A stretch of 64,000 nucleotides of DNA from Candidatus Ozemobacteraceae bacterium (GCA_965140445.1 OZ223236.1:2528001-2592000); one strand, 5' to 3'. Positions 10,041 to 21,592 are shown, counted from the stretch's first letter. Numbers and translations are program-made. Notes: a model not told the origin generated them from the letters alone.

Positions 10041-12122
10041 ATGGAAAAGAATTTGAAGTGTTCCGAAGGGATCATAAAAAACTCAAAAAATCCCAGCTTA
10101 GCTATAATGCTGATAATAGGCTTTTTGCCAATTTTAGTCCTATGGCTTTGTGGTTTCTTTTTCTGGTCGCACAGTAATGATAGAAAAAACACGTCCTCGA
10201 TTAAGCAGCTTAGAAAGCACTTAAATCAAATAAAAAGAGAAGGCGGAAACCATTTTTATATTCAAAATCGCCTCAATCGCGTTTACGGTTTGCTTTCAGA
10301 AAATACCCTGAGTTCAGCGGCTTTTGAGTCAGCTATGAATCGATTGAATGAGGATGGGCTTGGCTTCCTCAAAATTCACTTTTTTAACAGTAAAGCTGAA
10401 CTTATTAATTTGAAGGGATCGTCTAAAAAATACAGGAGTTTGATTTCCAAAGTATTTAAAGCAATTTCTCAACCAGAGTTGGAGAATGATAGTTCTCTAC
10501 TTGAAAAATACAAGGCTTTTATTTCGAATTTCCTTGGTGAAATTGATCCTGGAGAAGTTGTTTACGAGAAATCTTCTCTGCTTAAGGTAAAGATTGTAGG
10601 AAAATCGGGTTTTTTTTATTGGAATACATTTTATGATAAATCGCGAGGCGAAAAGTTTTCTGGAGGCATGCTTGCATATTTTCTTGAGAGTGATTTAAAC
10701 GAGGATTTTGCCTTAAATTCGCTAATTGGAAAAAGTAATCGTTTAGCTTCTAATAAAATGTTTATGGGAATACTTGATGAACGTTCAAGTAACTCAAAGC
10801 TGGCAAAGAAACTTTCTGGTTCTGGGTGTAAATTAAATGTGCAGGAATTGCTGGATCATGTTAAAGGCATGCGTAGTCGTTTTGAGAGCGTTTTAATGCT
10901 TGAAGATTCTATTCTTGTTGTGAATAGTATATCTGCAGTAAAAACCCTTTTTGTCATAGAGAAAACATTGAATGGAAGGGAAAAAGAGTTTTTTTTCTGG
11001 CTGAAGTTGATTTCAATGATTTTTCTATTAGGGATTACAGGTCATTACTTCAATTTAAAAAGTTTGAATAGTGAAGTAAGAGAACAGGAGATTTTAAAAC
11101 TTTCGTTCGGTGTAACTTTTGCTATGCCATTGCTGATTATTTTTGTTCTAGGTTTGCAGAGCCAGATAGCTTTTCGCGACTTGCAGATCCAAGATAATCT
11201 TGAAAAGCTGGTTTCTTTTATAGAAAGCGTAGACGAGAATTTTAGCGGTGCTGTTTATCGTTTGGAAAAAAGCTATCAGAAATTTGCAAAATCTATTGAG
11301 GAAACCGACTTAAGTTCGCAGTCAAGCGCAAAAAGTCTTAATCGATTTTGCAAGTCCAACCACGTCTCTCAACTATTTATAGTTGATAAAAATGGTCGAT
11401 TTAAGTTCAGCTATTCTGAAAACAAAAGTATTTTAATGTTTCTGGAAAAGTTTGTTCCGACACTTGCACGTAAGCTTTTTGCTCTTAAAAAAGGGGAAAA
11501 GAGTTCTTTCAAAAACCAGGTTAATGACATGATGGTTGAAAAGATTAGCGAGAATTTTTCTGAATTTTTTTCTGCAGGTTCTGGAAAATCTTCATTTATA
11601 AAGGCTTTTGAAGATTCTGGAAGAATTAGTGAATTTTGGATGGCGAACAAACGCTATTACGTGTTTTCTTCCTTTATAGAAATGGGAAATGGAAAGCCGC
11701 CATTGATGATGTTTATCTGGCAAGGGACAACAAATCTTTCTAAGAACTATTTAAAAAGTGAATTAGATAAAAATTTCCAGAACAATTTTAAAAAACAGTA
11801 TATATCCCTTGCTATGGTTCCAAAGAAAAAGGATGCCATGCCATTTCCACCCGAATTTTCGAAGTATTCTTTCGTTAATCGGATGATGGATAAGGTCCTG
11901 GAAACAAACTCTCAACAGCTTGGTGTTGAAACCATCAGTGGAGAGAATTGGTTGGTAGCGGCCTCTCCTTTAAAACAAATTCCAGAATATGTTTTGTTTG
12001 CTGTGTACCCCGAAAGTTTGGTGCAGAAAAAAATAGACAAAAATGGGGCGCTTTTGCTAGCGCTGTTTTTGTTATGTTTTTCGATGACGATTTTTTGTTA
12101 TAAAGTCTCCTACAAAAAATAA
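10041..12122 (+). CDS. Multi-pass membrane protein with large soluble loops (sensor-like), function unknown
   Basis: 693-aa ORF with about 4 hydrophobic segments; ends right after the last TM. Confidence 0.65.
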   Translation: MEKNLKCSEGIIKNSKNPSLAIMLIIGFLPILVLWLCGFFFWSHSNDRKNTSSIKQLRKHLNQIKREGGNHFYIQNRLNRVYGLLSENTLSSAAFESAMNRLNEDGLGFLKIHFFNSKAELINLKGSSKKYRSLISKVFKAISQPELENDSSLLEKYKAFISNFLGEIDPGEVVYEKSSLLKVKIVGKSGFFYWNTFYDKSRGEKFSGGMLAYFLESDLNEDFALNSLIGKSNRLASNKMFMGILDERSSNSKLAKKLSGSGCKLNVQELLDHVKGMRSRFESVLMLEDSILVVNSISAVKTLFVIEKTLNGREKEFFFWLKLISMIFLLGITGHYFNLKSLNSEVREQEILKLSFGVTFAMPLLIIFVLGLQSQIAFRDLQIQDNLEKLVSFIESVDENFSGAVYRLEKSYQKFAKSIEETDLSSQSSAKSLNRFCKSNHVSQLFIVDKNGRFKFSYSENKSILMFLEKFVPTLARKLFALKKGEKSSFKNQVNDMMVEKISENFSEFFSAGSGKSSFIKAFEDSGRISEFWMANKRYYVFSSFIEMGNGKPPLMMFIWQGTTNLSKNYLKSELDKNFQNNFKKQYISLAMVPKKKDAMPFPPEFSKYSFVNRMMDKVLETNSQQLGVETISGENWLVAASPLKQIPEYVLFAVYPESLVQKKIDKNGALLLALFLLCFSMTIFCYKVSYKK

Positions 12123-12124
12123 TA

Positions 12125-12153
12125 TTGACTAATTATTTGATGTCTGTTAAGAT
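12125..12153 (+). promoter_or_regulatory. Sigma70-type promoter for dnaG-rpoD
   Basis: TTGACT-17-TAAGAT with TG extension. Confidence 0.6.
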
Positions 12154-12188
12154 ACCTGACTTAGCCTGCCGCTATAAGGTTTAATTGA

Positions 12189-13979
12189 TTGGTCAGGGGT
12201 ACATTTTTGGGTTTTATTTCCAGCGACATAATTGCAGAAATAAGAGATCGGATTGACATCGTCCAGATTATTGGAGAGCATGTACGGTTAGTTCCATCAG
12301 GAAATAGCTACAAAGCGCTGTGCCCGTTACACAAGGAAAAAACTCCAAGCTTTCATGTTGTACCAGACAAACAAATATTTCATTGTTTTGGTTGTGGAAA
12401 AGGCGGAGATGTTTTTGCATTTTTAATGGAACTTGAGAAAATGCCGTTTCCTGAGGCTGTTAGGTTTCTAGCATCTCGCATCGGTTTAGATGTTGATGCC
12501 GGAGAAGATTCTGATCTTGAAAAGAAACACGCTGTTTATGATGTTCTTGGAAAAGTTGCCAATTTTTACGCTTCATGTCTCCTGGATTCCAAAAATGGCG
12601 AGATTGCCCGAGATTACCTAAAAAAGAGAAAGTTGGCTTCTGAAACCGTTGCTACATTTAAGATTGGTTATGCTCCAGATTCATGGGACGCGGTGACCTC
12701 TAGATTTGGCAAGTCTCAAGAAGATCTTTTGCTTCTTGAAAGAGCTGGATTAGTGAAACCAAGAAATACCGGAAGCGGTTTTTACGATGTTTTTAGAAGT
12801 CGTTTAATGATTCCAATTTTAGATGTTCATGGAAGAGTCGCCGGTTTTGGTGGAAGGGTTTTAAAAGCAGACGATGAGCCAAAATATTTAAATAGCTCGG
12901 AAGGGGAAACCTTCAACAAGAGAAAAATGCTTTTTAATTTTAGAGAAGCATTGCCTTCAATCAGAAGACTAAATTCTACTATCGTGGTTGAAGGGTATCT
13001 TGATGTTATTAGTTTGAGTCAACATGGAATTAAGAACGTTGTTGCCACCCTTGGAACAGCAATTACAGCAGAGCAGATAAGCATGTTGGCGAGAAATTGT
13101 GAAACGGTGTTCTTTTGCTACGATGCCGATACAGCAGGCCAAAGGGCTACACTTAGGGCAATTACAATGCAGAAAGAAACACCAATCAATGCAAGGATAA
13201 TTGCTTTTCCTGACGCAAAGGATGATCCAGACAGCTTTGTTGCCAGGGAAGGTGCAGATAGCTTTAAAAAACTACTTGATAAAGCTATAGATATTTATAC
13301 TTTTCTCATTGATACTCATACGCGTGGTCTTAAGCCCCCCCTTGAAATTCCAGTAAAAGAACGCCTGATTCAGGAGTTCAGAGAGTTGATCCCAGCAATT
13401 CACAGTTCAATTGCGAGAAGCGAAGTTATACGGAAAATCTCGAAACTGTTGGATATGGATCCTCTTGTTCTGGAAAAGGAATTCGAGGGTAAGGATGTGC
13501 CCCGTGAATTTGAGACAAGAAGGAAAAGAAATCAGATATCGCCCCTTCTGAACGCAGAAGTTCAGAGACAGGAATGGATTCTGAAGTATCTTTTGGAGCA
13601 TCCAGAAGAATTGGAGAGAGTAAAGGCTTTGCTAAGTCCCTCAGACTTTTCAGACACCCGGCTAAGAAAATTATTTGAAGCAATAAGCTTTCAACAAGAA
13701 GCCGCAGGTGGATCTTTAAGGCCAGCTGAGATATTGGCAAACCTGGATGAGCCTGGTTTGGTTTCCAGATTGAGTGAGTTAATTACTACTCTTGAAGATA
13801 AACCTCCAGAGCCCTTTATGGATTGCGTAAAAGGACTGGTCAGATGCAGATTGGACGCTGAATCAAAATTGTTTCAGAAGAAAATCCAGGAAGCAGAAGC
13901 CAGGGGTGATGAAAATGAGATCGCGCGCCTCACGCTGGAACAAGTTCAACTGAAGCGCAAAGTGAGTATGCTTAATTGA
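12189..13979 (+). CDS. dnaG: DNA primase
   Basis: CHC2 zinc finger ([15 protein letters not shown]), PKYLNS, TOPRIM VVEGYLD..YDAD; exact start uncertain. Confidence 0.97.
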   Translation: MVRGTFLGFISSDIIAEIRDRIDIVQIIGEHVRLVPSGNSYKALCPLHKEKTPSFHVVPDKQIFHCFGCGKGGDVFAFLMELEKMPFPEAVRFLASRIGLDVDAGEDSDLEKKHAVYDVLGKVANFYASCLLDSKNGEIARDYLKKRKLASETVATFKIGYAPDSWDAVTSRFGKSQEDLLLLERAGLVKPRNTGSGFYDVFRSRLMIPILDVHGRVAGFGGRVLKADDEPKYLNSSEGETFNKRKMLFNFREALPSIRRLNSTIVVEGYLDVISLSQHGIKNVVATLGTAITAEQISMLARNCETVFFCYDADTAGQRATLRAITMQKETPINARIIAFPDAKDDPDSFVAREGADSFKKLLDKAIDIYTFLIDTHTRGLKPPLEIPVKERLIQEFRELIPAIHSSIARSEVIRKISKLLDMDPLVLEKEFEGKDVPREFETRRKRNQISPLLNAEVQRQEWILKYLLEHPEELERVKALLSPSDFSDTRLRKLFEAISFQQEAAGGSLRPAEILANLDEPGLVSRLSELITTLEDKPPEPFMDCVKGLVRCRLDAESKLFQKKIQEAEARGDENEIARLTLEQVQLKRKVSMLN

Positions 13980-14004
13980 AAGCCTGAGTCGAGGAAACAA
14001 ATAT

Positions 14005-15138
14005 ATGGCTACAGAACAGGTAAAAGAGAAAGTCGCTAAGACTTCTAAGAAGAAAGATAAGAGACCTCTGGAGGAAATCCGGGCCGAACTTATAGAAATT
14101 GGTGAAGATCAAGGTTATTTGTCCTATCAGACAATTAACAAGGCTCTGCCGGATGGTTTGCCGACTGAGATATTCGAAGAAGTAATTAACGAATTAATGG
14201 AAAAAAATGTCGAGCTGGTTGACGATGACGAAGTTAAGCTCGATAAAAAGGTTCCTGTTGCAGATGGTAAGAAAGAAGAACCAGAAAAACAGCAGCAGGA
14301 CTTTGATGATATTGATGATTCTGTCAGAGTTTATCTGAGAGAAATTGGTAAAATCAGATTACTTACAATGCAAGAAGAAGTAACTCTTGCTAAAAGAATC
14401 GAACACGGTGATCAGGAAGCTCAGAGGAAACTCATCGAAGCTAACTTGAGACTGGTTGTGTCGGTTGCCAAAAAATACACCAAAAGAGGGCTGTTGTTTC
14501 TTGATTTGATTCAAGAAGGCAATCAGGGCCTTATAAGAGCGGTTGAAAAATTTAAATACCGAAAAGGTTATAAGTTTTCAACTTATGCTATCTGGTGGAT
14601 TAGACAGGCTATTACTCGTGCTATTGCTGATCAGGCAAGGACGATAAGAATTCCTGTTCATATGGTTGAAACAATTAATAAACTTCGAAAGGCTTCAAGA
14701 AAGCTAGTTCAAAAACTTGGTCGCGATCCAGCGATTGAAGAATTGGCAGCAGAAGTTGGATTACCGGTAGAAAAAGTTAAAAATATAATGAAAACTGCCA
14801 TGGATCCAATTTCCCTTGAAACTCCAATTAATGGTGAAGAAGATTCTCATCTTGGAGACTTTGTTGAAGATAAATCTGCTTTGCCGCCAGCGGAAACAGC
14901 TTTTAATCTTATTCTTAAGGAACAGATTAATAAAGTTCTTGCAACCCTTACTGAACGAGAATCTAGAGTTATTAAATACAGATTTGGTCTTGAAGATGGT
15001 TGGCAAAGAACGCTCGAAGAAGTTGGGCAGAAATTTGGAGTTACAAGAGAAAGAATTCGTCAAATCGAAGCAAAAGCGCTTAGAAAGCTGCGTCATCCAA
15101 GCCGTTCTAAAAAACTTAAAGAATTCTACATGGAATAA
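14005..15138 (+). CDS. rpoD: RNA polymerase primary sigma factor
   Basis: Regions 1.2-4 ([42 protein letters not shown]); follows dnaG. Confidence 0.98.
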   Translation: MATEQVKEKVAKTSKKKDKRPLEEIRAELIEIGEDQGYLSYQTINKALPDGLPTEIFEEVINELMEKNVELVDDDEVKLDKKVPVADGKKEEPEKQQQDFDDIDDSVRVYLREIGKIRLLTMQEEVTLAKRIEHGDQEAQRKLIEANLRLVVSVAKKYTKRGLLFLDLIQEGNQGLIRAVEKFKYRKGYKFSTYAIWWIRQAITRAIADQARTIRIPVHMVETINKLRKASRKLVQKLGRDPAIEELAAEVGLPVEKVKNIMKTAMDPISLETPINGEEDSHLGDFVEDKSALPPAETAFNLILKEQINKVLATLTERESRVIKYRFGLEDGWQRTLEEVGQKFGVTRERIRQIEAKALRKLRHPSRSKKLKEFYME

Positions 15139-15148
15139 AAAAAAATGC

Positions 15149-15177
15149 TTGCATTTGGAAAAATGGTGTGTTAAGAT
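15149..15177 (+). promoter_or_regulatory. Promoter of tRNA cluster
   Basis: TTGCAT-17-TAAGAT just upstream of the first tRNA. Confidence 0.6.
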
Positions 15178-15191
15178 ATTTTTCACATCGA

Positions 15192-15265
15192 GGGCCTATA
15201 GCTCAGTTGGTTAGAGCCTCCGGCTCATAACCGGATGGTCCCTGGTTCGAGTCCAGGTGGGCCCA
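15192..15265 (+). tRNA. tRNA with CAT anticodon, probably tRNA-Ile2 (lysidine-modified); CCA not encoded
   Basis: Cloverleaf GGGCCTA..TGGGCCC-A, anticodon arm ccgg-ctCATaa-ccgg, GGTTCGA T-arm. Confidence 0.9.
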
Positions 15266-15286
15266 CACTCTCGATGCATACGTCCT

Positions 15287-15359
<73 letters not shown>

Positions 15360-15408
15360 TACGCAAATATAGGCTGGTTTAATCGCCGGTCAGGTAATAT
15401 ATTTACCT

Positions 15409-15481
<73 letters not shown>

Positions 15482-15607
15482 ATTGACCAAAACACCGGGA
15501 ATCTTATTAAAGATTTCCGGTTTGTTTTTTTTAGCTTTGTATCTTGCGGCTTTTAAAAAAATCTTATACAATTACAAAATAAGTTTTAATAAGTACGGAG
15601 GGTGTAC

Positions 15608-17248
15608 ATGAAGAAGATTTTCGCAGTCGCTTTGGGAGCGGCCTTTTGTTGTTCACAGGCTTTTGCTTTTGACGTATCTCCTACACAGATCAATTCTGGT
15701 GTAAAGTCAAACAAAAAGGTACAGGTCAATTCAGATTTTATCCGCAAAGTATTTTCAAACAAATCATTTTCAACAGGTATTGAAGTTATTTCAGTAACAG
15801 AAGATGGTAACAGACTCTCAAGTGCAATGGGAGAACTCTCTTCTCCATTACAGGGCGATATTGTTGAATCAGCTCTCAATTATGTTCTTGATAATAGTGC
15901 ACTATTTAATTTGCCAAAAACAAGAGACGTTGAAATGCTCAGACCAGTTAAGGTCAGCCAGGAAAACAATGGTATTAAACATGTTACTTTCCAGATGGTA
16001 CTTGACGGAGTAGAAGTTCATGAAGCCAAAATCGAACTCCACATTAATGCAGACAACGTTGTTAGACTCGCTCATGGTTCACTTCCAGAAGTAAATGAAA
16101 TTTCTAACCAAATTGTGTTAGGAAAATATCAAGCTATTGGTCAGGCTCGTGTAGCAATCAAAGCCAATAAATTCCGTGCTGTTCCTAGTGCTGAATTAAA
16201 GATTTTCCCAACAACTCGTGGTGAAGCAAAAATGGTTTATGTAACTAGACTTTCAGTTGAGGAACCAATTGGCGATTACGAAGTTATCGTTGATGCTGAA
16301 ACAGGCGATGTTCTTTATATGAACAATGAAATGAATTTTGCTACTGGTCGTGGTGCTGTATATGTTACTAACCCAACTGATTGTGATGTAACTGAAGAAC
16401 CTCTTTATAACCTTACTTCACACAATCCAACCGGTAAATTCGCTAAAATCGTTAATGAAGATACTTCTGAATCAATGAATGAAGATGATGTTCATATTTA
16501 TGAACCAAATAACACTCATTTTGATGAAATCAACATGTATAACTATATCAACGCAGTTCATGATTTTTATACCACTCTTGGTTTAACTGCTCTTGATAGA
16601 CCAATGCAGGCAACTGTTCACCTTGGTGACAATTATGATAACGCATACTTCAGCCCTTGGCAGAACGCTTTTGCGTTTGGTGATGGTAGCAGATTCAATG
16701 ATTTAGCCAAAGAAGCAAGTATTGCTTATCATGAGTATTCACATGCAGCAATTAACACAATTATTTCACTAACTTACAGTGCAGAGTCTGGAGCAATCAA
16801 TGAAGGTCAGGCTGACTATTTTGCTTGTTCTATAACAAATGATTCAAAACTTGGAGAATGGGCTGTTGCAAAAATGGGCAAACCTTTCCTGAGAAACGTT
16901 GAAAACACTCTCCATTACCCTGAAGACATTCATGGCGAAGTTCATGCTGATGGTAAAATTTGGGGAGCAGTTTTGTGGGATATCAGAAAAGCTGTTGGTA
17001 AAGCAGTAGCTGATAAGCTCATTTTTAGAAGTCATCATTATCTTAAAAGCGGCAGAGCAACATTTATGGATGCTTATAATGCACTCATAGCTGCTGACGC
17101 TGAAGAATTTGGTGGCAAAAATGCAGAAGCCCTTCATAAAGTTATGGCTGGACGTGGAATTGGCGCAGCTAGCTACAATGGTGCTGTATTGACTGCTGAT
17201 GATCTTGGAAGCATGAAGAAATTCATGGAAGTTCATAACGAACTATAA
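15608..17248 (+). CDS. Secreted zinc metallopeptidase, thermolysin-like (M4/M36) with propeptide
   Basis: Signal peptide, FTP/PepSY-like pro-region, YDNAYF, HEYSH and GAINEGQAD. Confidence 0.9.
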   Translation: MKKIFAVALGAAFCCSQAFAFDVSPTQINSGVKSNKKVQVNSDFIRKVFSNKSFSTGIEVISVTEDGNRLSSAMGELSSPLQGDIVESALNYVLDNSALFNLPKTRDVEMLRPVKVSQENNGIKHVTFQMVLDGVEVHEAKIELHINADNVVRLAHGSLPEVNEISNQIVLGKYQAIGQARVAIKANKFRAVPSAELKIFPTTRGEAKMVYVTRLSVEEPIGDYEVIVDAETGDVLYMNNEMNFATGRGAVYVTNPTDCDVTEEPLYNLTSHNPTGKFAKIVNEDTSESMNEDDVHIYEPNNTHFDEINMYNYINAVHDFYTTLGLTALDRPMQATVHLGDNYDNAYFSPWQNAFAFGDGSRFNDLAKEASIAYHEYSHAAINTIISLTYSAESGAINEGQADYFACSITNDSKLGEWAVAKMGKPFLRNVENTLHYPEDIHGEVHADGKIWGAVLWDIRKAVGKAVADKLIFRSHHYLKSGRATFMDAYNALIAADAEEFGGKNAEALHKVMAGRGIGAASYNGAVLTADDLGSMKKFMEVHNEL

Positions 17249-17259
17249 TCTAAGTTATT

Positions 17260-17297
17260 AAAAAGCGGGGGAACTAGTTTCCCCCGCTTTTTTTTTC
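17260..17297 (+). terminator. Intrinsic terminator
   Basis: aaagcgggggaa-loop-ttcccccgcttt plus T run. Confidence 0.9.
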
Positions 17298-17385
17298 TTA
17301 ATTCGAGATTTTTCTTTTATTTACCGTTCTTTTGCTATAGAATACCCTTTCAAATTTTGAATCTATATCCACTCAGGGGAAAAAA

Positions 17386-18639
17386 ATGAGTTATTGCGTA
17401 TTTTGCGGAAAAGATCTTCGTCAGGGTGGCGATTTTGTTAGAAATACCGACGGTGTTATTTTATGTAAAACCTGTGTTGGCTCAGCCAAAGATGTTTTTA
17501 CCAGAAAAGATGCCAGCCTGAAAAATAGTGTGCAACCAGGGGTTGCTGAAGGCAAAGTAGACCTTAAGCAGATCGTTAATGATTATTCACCTCAGAAAAT
17601 TTATGATGCACTTTCTGATTACGTAATTGGTCAGGAAACAGCCAAAAAAGTAATTTCACTAGCGGTTTATAATCACTACAAAATTTTGTCATTGATTGAC
17701 CAGACAGATATTGAATTTGAAAAATCCAATATTTTATTACTTGGCCCAACTGGTAGCGGGAAAACACTTTTGGCCAGGACTCTTTCTAAGATCTTAAAAG
17801 TTCCTTTTGCAATTGGGGATTGTACTAGCTTCACTGAAGCGGGATATGTGGGCGATGATGTTGAAAATGTTCTTCTTTCATTGCTTATCGATGCCAATTA
17901 TGAGGCTGAAGAAGCTCAAAAAGGTATAATTTATCTTGATGAAATAGATAAAAAAACCAAATCTTCCAGCAACGTTTCCATTTCGAGAGACGTTTCAGGT
18001 GAGGGTGTTCAGCAGGCCTTTCTAAAACTTATAGAAGGCACAGTGGCAAATGTTCCTCTTACTGCAGGAAGAAAAAACCCTATGTCTCAGCAAATGGTTA
18101 AGCTGGATACCAGACATATCCTGTTTATCTGCGGTGGAGCATTTGTAGGTCTTGAAAAAATTATTGAAAAAAGAATTAGAAAAGATTTAAGTATTGGTTT
18201 TAATACTGATCCACAGCCAAAGAATAAAGCTGATGCTGCCCTATTTCATAAGGTTGAGGCCGAAGACTTGATGGAATATGGTTTCATTCCAGAATTTATT
18301 GGTCGATTACCAGTTAAAGTTGCTTTAAAAGGTCTTGGCAGAGATGAATTTATTCGAATTCTACGCGAACCTAAAAATGCGATTATTCGCCAATATGGAA
18401 AACTTTGTGAAATGGATGGCTGCGAATTAACTTTCGCCCAGGACGGGCTTGAAAAAATAGTTGATGTTGCTCTTGCAAGAAAAACAGGGGCCAGAGGGCT
18501 AAGAGCCGTTTTTGAGCGCATTTTAAGGAATGACATGTTCTCTTTAAGAGAAACTCAGTTAAAAAATCTAAACATCGATGAGAAATATGTTGAGAAACAG
18601 CTTAACGATGATAGCGATGAGTCAGTTGCTTCAGTTTAA
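17386..18639 (+). CDS. clpX: ATP-dependent Clp protease ATP-binding subunit ClpX
   Basis: C4 zinc finger, GPTGSGKT, GYVG pore loop, RDVSGEGVQQ, IGF loop, GARGLR. Confidence 0.93.
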   Translation: MSYCVFCGKDLRQGGDFVRNTDGVILCKTCVGSAKDVFTRKDASLKNSVQPGVAEGKVDLKQIVNDYSPQKIYDALSDYVIGQETAKKVISLAVYNHYKILSLIDQTDIEFEKSNILLLGPTGSGKTLLARTLSKILKVPFAIGDCTSFTEAGYVGDDVENVLLSLLIDANYEAEEAQKGIIYLDEIDKKTKSSSNVSISRDVSGEGVQQAFLKLIEGTVANVPLTAGRKNPMSQQMVKLDTRHILFICGGAFVGLEKIIEKRIRKDLSIGFNTDPQPKNKADAALFHKVEAEDLMEYGFIPEFIGRLPVKVALKGLGRDEFIRILREPKNAIIRQYGKLCEMDGCELTFAQDGLEKIVDVALARKTGARGLRAVFERILRNDMFSLRETQLKNLNIDEKYVEKQLNDDSDESVASV

Positions 18640-18647
18640 AGCTTAAG

Positions 18648-19244
18648 CTACTTTCTGATTGTAAGTTCTCCACTAAAAAATTGCTGAATCCTGGCGGAGT
18701 TTTTATAGCCAAGGTTTTCAGCAATTTTTAGTAATTTATCCCTTTTGGCAAATTCCCCATTATAATGGTAAGCAACACTCAGATTAGCTGCAATTCCTGA
18801 ATCATCGGGTCTTAGGTGATAAGCTTTTAAAGCGTTTTCTAAGGCTTCTTTATCTTGAAAGTTTCGCAATTCAATAATTGAAAGGCTTGAAAAAGCCCAA
18901 GGATTTTCAGGGTCAATTCTAAGGGCTTTCAGATAATGCTGTTTTGCTTTTAAATCCTGGTCAAGTTTTCTAAAGACTATGCCTAAACCAATATGGGATT
19001 CTGCATTATTATCATCAAAATTTAGTGATTTTTGGTAGGCTTTTAATGCATCAGTAAGCTTTTCAATTGCATTCATTGCATGGCCAAGAATCGTCCAGCC
19101 AGATGAGGATTCCGGGAATTTATGAAGATACCGGTTTATCTCTTTAATTCCTTTATCCAAGTCGCCTTCATCAATAATTGCTTTAATTTCTTCTATTGAT
19201 AAGGTTTTTATTTTATTTCCTGGGAACTTAATTATCATAAGCAA
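18648..19244 (-). CDS. TPR-repeat protein
   Basis: Several TPR motifs (ALRIDPENPWAFSSL). Confidence 0.8.
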   Translation of the reverse strand: MLMIIKFPGNKIKTLSIEEIKAIIDEGDLDKGIKEINRYLHKFPESSSGWTILGHAMNAIEKLTDALKAYQKSLNFDDNNAESHIGLGIVFRKLDQDLKAKQHYLKALRIDPENPWAFSSLSIIELRNFQDKEALENALKAYHLRPDDSGIAANLSVAYHYNGEFAKRDKLLKIAENLGYKNSARIQQFFSGELTIRK

Positions 19245-19288
19245 AAGAGCTGAGTCCGTGAGGACTCAGCTCAATAAAACATCCTGTA

Positions 19289-20926
19289 TTAATTAGCAGC
19301 AGAAGCTGATTTTGTCATTGGCCCTGCGCCGATAACTTCTGGTGTTGCCTGAGACTCAAAGCTTTTGAAATTTTTCTGGAACAATTCGGCAAGCTTAAGA
19401 GCTGTTTTTTCGTAATCTTCTTTATTTTTCCAGGTATTCTTTGGAGTAAGAATTTCTGTAGGTACACCATCGCATTGATCAGGTATCTGAAGACCAAATA
19501 TTGGATCAGCGGTATAGGTAACATTTTCTAGTTTGCCTTCGAGGGCGGCTTTAAGAAGTGCCCTTGTATAAGCAATCTTCATTCTACTACCTTCACCGTA
19601 AGCGCCTCCGCTCCAGCCTGTGTTAACAAGCCAAAGTTTGGTGCCATGTTTTTTCATATTTTCTCCCAATAACTTGGCGTAGGTAAAGGGGTGATGAACC
19701 ATGAATGGCGCGCCAAAACAAGCTGAAAAAGTAGCTGTTGGAGCATCAATTCCAGATTCGGTTCCAGCAAGTTTAGCTGTGTAACCGGAAAGGAAATGAT
19801 ACATTGCCTGTTCTGGGGTGAGTTTTGCTATCGGAGGAAGAACTCCAAACGCATCAGCTGCCAGGAAGAAAATATTCTTTGGATGAGCACCGGTGCCTTC
19901 TTGTATGCAGTTGTCAATATGACTGGTAGGGTAGGTTGCCCTTGTGTTTTCTGTTCTGGAATCGTCATCGAAGTCTGGAGTTCTGTTTTCATCTACTATT
20001 ACATTTTCCAGAATTGAGCCAAAGCGTATTGCATCAAAAATTTGAGGCTCTGCTTCCCTTGAAAGCTTAATGGTTTTAGCATAGCAACCGCCTTCAAAGT
20101 TGAAAACTCCATTTTCTGTCCAACCATGTTCGTCATCTCCGATCAGGCGACGAGAAGGGTCTGCAGAAAGAGTGGTTTTACCTGTTCCAGAAAGTCCAAA
20201 AAACAATGCGCTGTCATCATTGTCGCCAACGTTGGCTGAGCAATGCATTGGGAAAATATTTTTTTTGGGTAGCAGATAATTCATGACTGAGAAAATACTT
20301 TTTTTAATTTCTCCGCCGTAGTGAGATCCACCAATTAGAATTAGTTTTTCTACAAAATTAACTACTACAAAAACTTTTGAGTTTAAACCGATTTCTTTCC
20401 AGTTTGGAAGATCGATATCGCAAACATTCAAAACTGTAAAATCTGGAATTTCTTTTATTGCATCTTTGGCTGTTTTATTTATAAATAGGGTGTGGGAAAA
20501 TAATGCATGCCAGGCTTTTTCACAAACTACTCGAACCTGAAGTTGGTGAGTTTTATCAGCACCAGCAAAGCCGTCAAAAACGAAAATATCCTTCTTTTTT
20601 AGATAATTTCTGGCTTCAGTCATTAATTTCTGGTAGATTTCTTCAGAGATTGGTCGGTTGATATCTCCCCACCATACATCATCTGTGCCGATTGTTTTAA
20701 CAATAAATTTATCGTTAGGTGATCGACCAAATCTTTCACCATTATTTTTATCTACCAGGAGCGCGCCATTAGATGCTAGTCTGCCCTCTCCTCTTAGAAT
20801 CGCTTGTTCAACGAGTTCGGGAACAGAAAGATTTCTATTGATGCTTTTAAATTCATTAATTTCCAGATAATTAACACAACTCTGAGAACTCATTCCTTTT
20901 CTCCTTTTTCTTGAGCATTTGCTCAT
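19289..20926 (-). CDS. pckA: Phosphoenolpyruvate carboxykinase (ATP)
   Basis: GRSPNDKF, MHCSAN, FGLSGTGKTTLS, IGDDEHGW, EGGCYAK; real start probably MSSQS. Confidence 0.97.
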   Translation of the reverse strand: MSKCSRKRRKGMSSQSCVNYLEINEFKSINRNLSVPELVEQAILRGEGRLASNGALLVDKNNGERFGRSPNDKFIVKTIGTDDVWWGDINRPISEEIYQKLMTEARNYLKKKDIFVFDGFAGADKTHQLQVRVVCEKAWHALFSHTLFINKTAKDAIKEIPDFTVLNVCDIDLPNWKEIGLNSKVFVVVNFVEKLILIGGSHYGGEIKKSIFSVMNYLLPKKNIFPMHCSANVGDNDDSALFFGLSGTGKTTLSADPSRRLIGDDEHGWTENGVFNFEGGCYAKTIKLSREAEPQIFDAIRFGSILENVIVDENRTPDFDDDSRTENTRATYPTSHIDNCIQEGTGAHPKNIFFLAADAFGVLPPIAKLTPEQAMYHFLSGYTAKLAGTESGIDAPTATFSACFGAPFMVHHPFTYAKLLGENMKKHGTKLWLVNTGWSGGAYGEGSRMKIAYTRALLKAALEGKLENVTYTADPIFGLQIPDQCDGVPTEILTPKNTWKNKEDYEKTALKLAELFQKNFKSFESQATPEVIGAGPMTKSASAAN

Positions 20927-21033
20927 GCTTTTGCTGAAGTTTAAACCTTTAGATGCAGGCGTGCAAGATTTTTTGCCTAAATTTGAAAGTGTTTAAAATT
21001 TAAGGTATTTTCTATTTATAATGGGGAAATAAA

Positions 21034-21549
21034 ATGAACATAAATGAGGGGCATAGAAGTAGAGTAAAAAAGCGCTTTGACGACGCAGGTCTTGAAGGAT
21101 TTGCTGATCATGAAATCCTTGAATTTTTATTGTTTTATTCAATAACCAGAATTGACACAAAGCCTTTAGCCAAAAGATTGCTTAAGGAATTTGGTTCTAT
21201 TGAGGCTGTTCTATCAGCTTCACCTGAAAAATTATTAAGAGTTCCGGGAATGGGTTCTTCAAGTTCAAGACTGTTTAGCCTTGTAAAAGAATTGTCAAAG
21301 TTTTGTGCAAAAAGAAAAGCATTTGCAGAAAGGCCGGTTATCTCATCTGCTTCAGCGTTAATGGAGTATCTTGGGGTCGCAATGGCAAATCTACCAGAAG
21401 AACAATTCAGGGTTGTATTTTTAGACAATTCAAATCGGGTTATCAGGGAAGAGGTTATGTCGAGTGGGGTTGAAGATCAGACAGCGGTTTATCCAAAAAA
21501 AGTAATGAAGCGGGCTTTGGATTTGCATTCTACCGGCATAATAGTGGTA
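21034..21549 (+). pseudogene. radC: RadC, 5' part (172 codons), interrupted by prophage
   Basis: EGHRSRVK..HEILEFLL, HhH, EQFRVVFLD, VYPKKV..GIIVV; homology ends just before the HNH motif. Confidence 0.95.
21544..21549 (+). repeat. attL core GTGGTA
   Basis: Direct repeat of 49676-49681 (aatagtggta vs aattgtggta) exactly at the radC break. Confidence 0.9.
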
Positions 21550-21563
21550 AATAAAAATACTCT

Positions 21564-21592
21564 TTGACTGAGTTGAGACTTTTCGTTAGAAT
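21564..21592 (+). promoter_or_regulatory. Integrase promoter inside the phage arm of attL
   Basis: TTGACT-17-TAGAAT, then GGAGG RBS at 21613 and ATG at 21624. Confidence 0.7.

Noticed and set aside
21550..21567. radC as a complete 177-aa gene ending NKNTL
   Set aside because: The last five residues come from phage DNA; the true C-terminus is at 49682-49846
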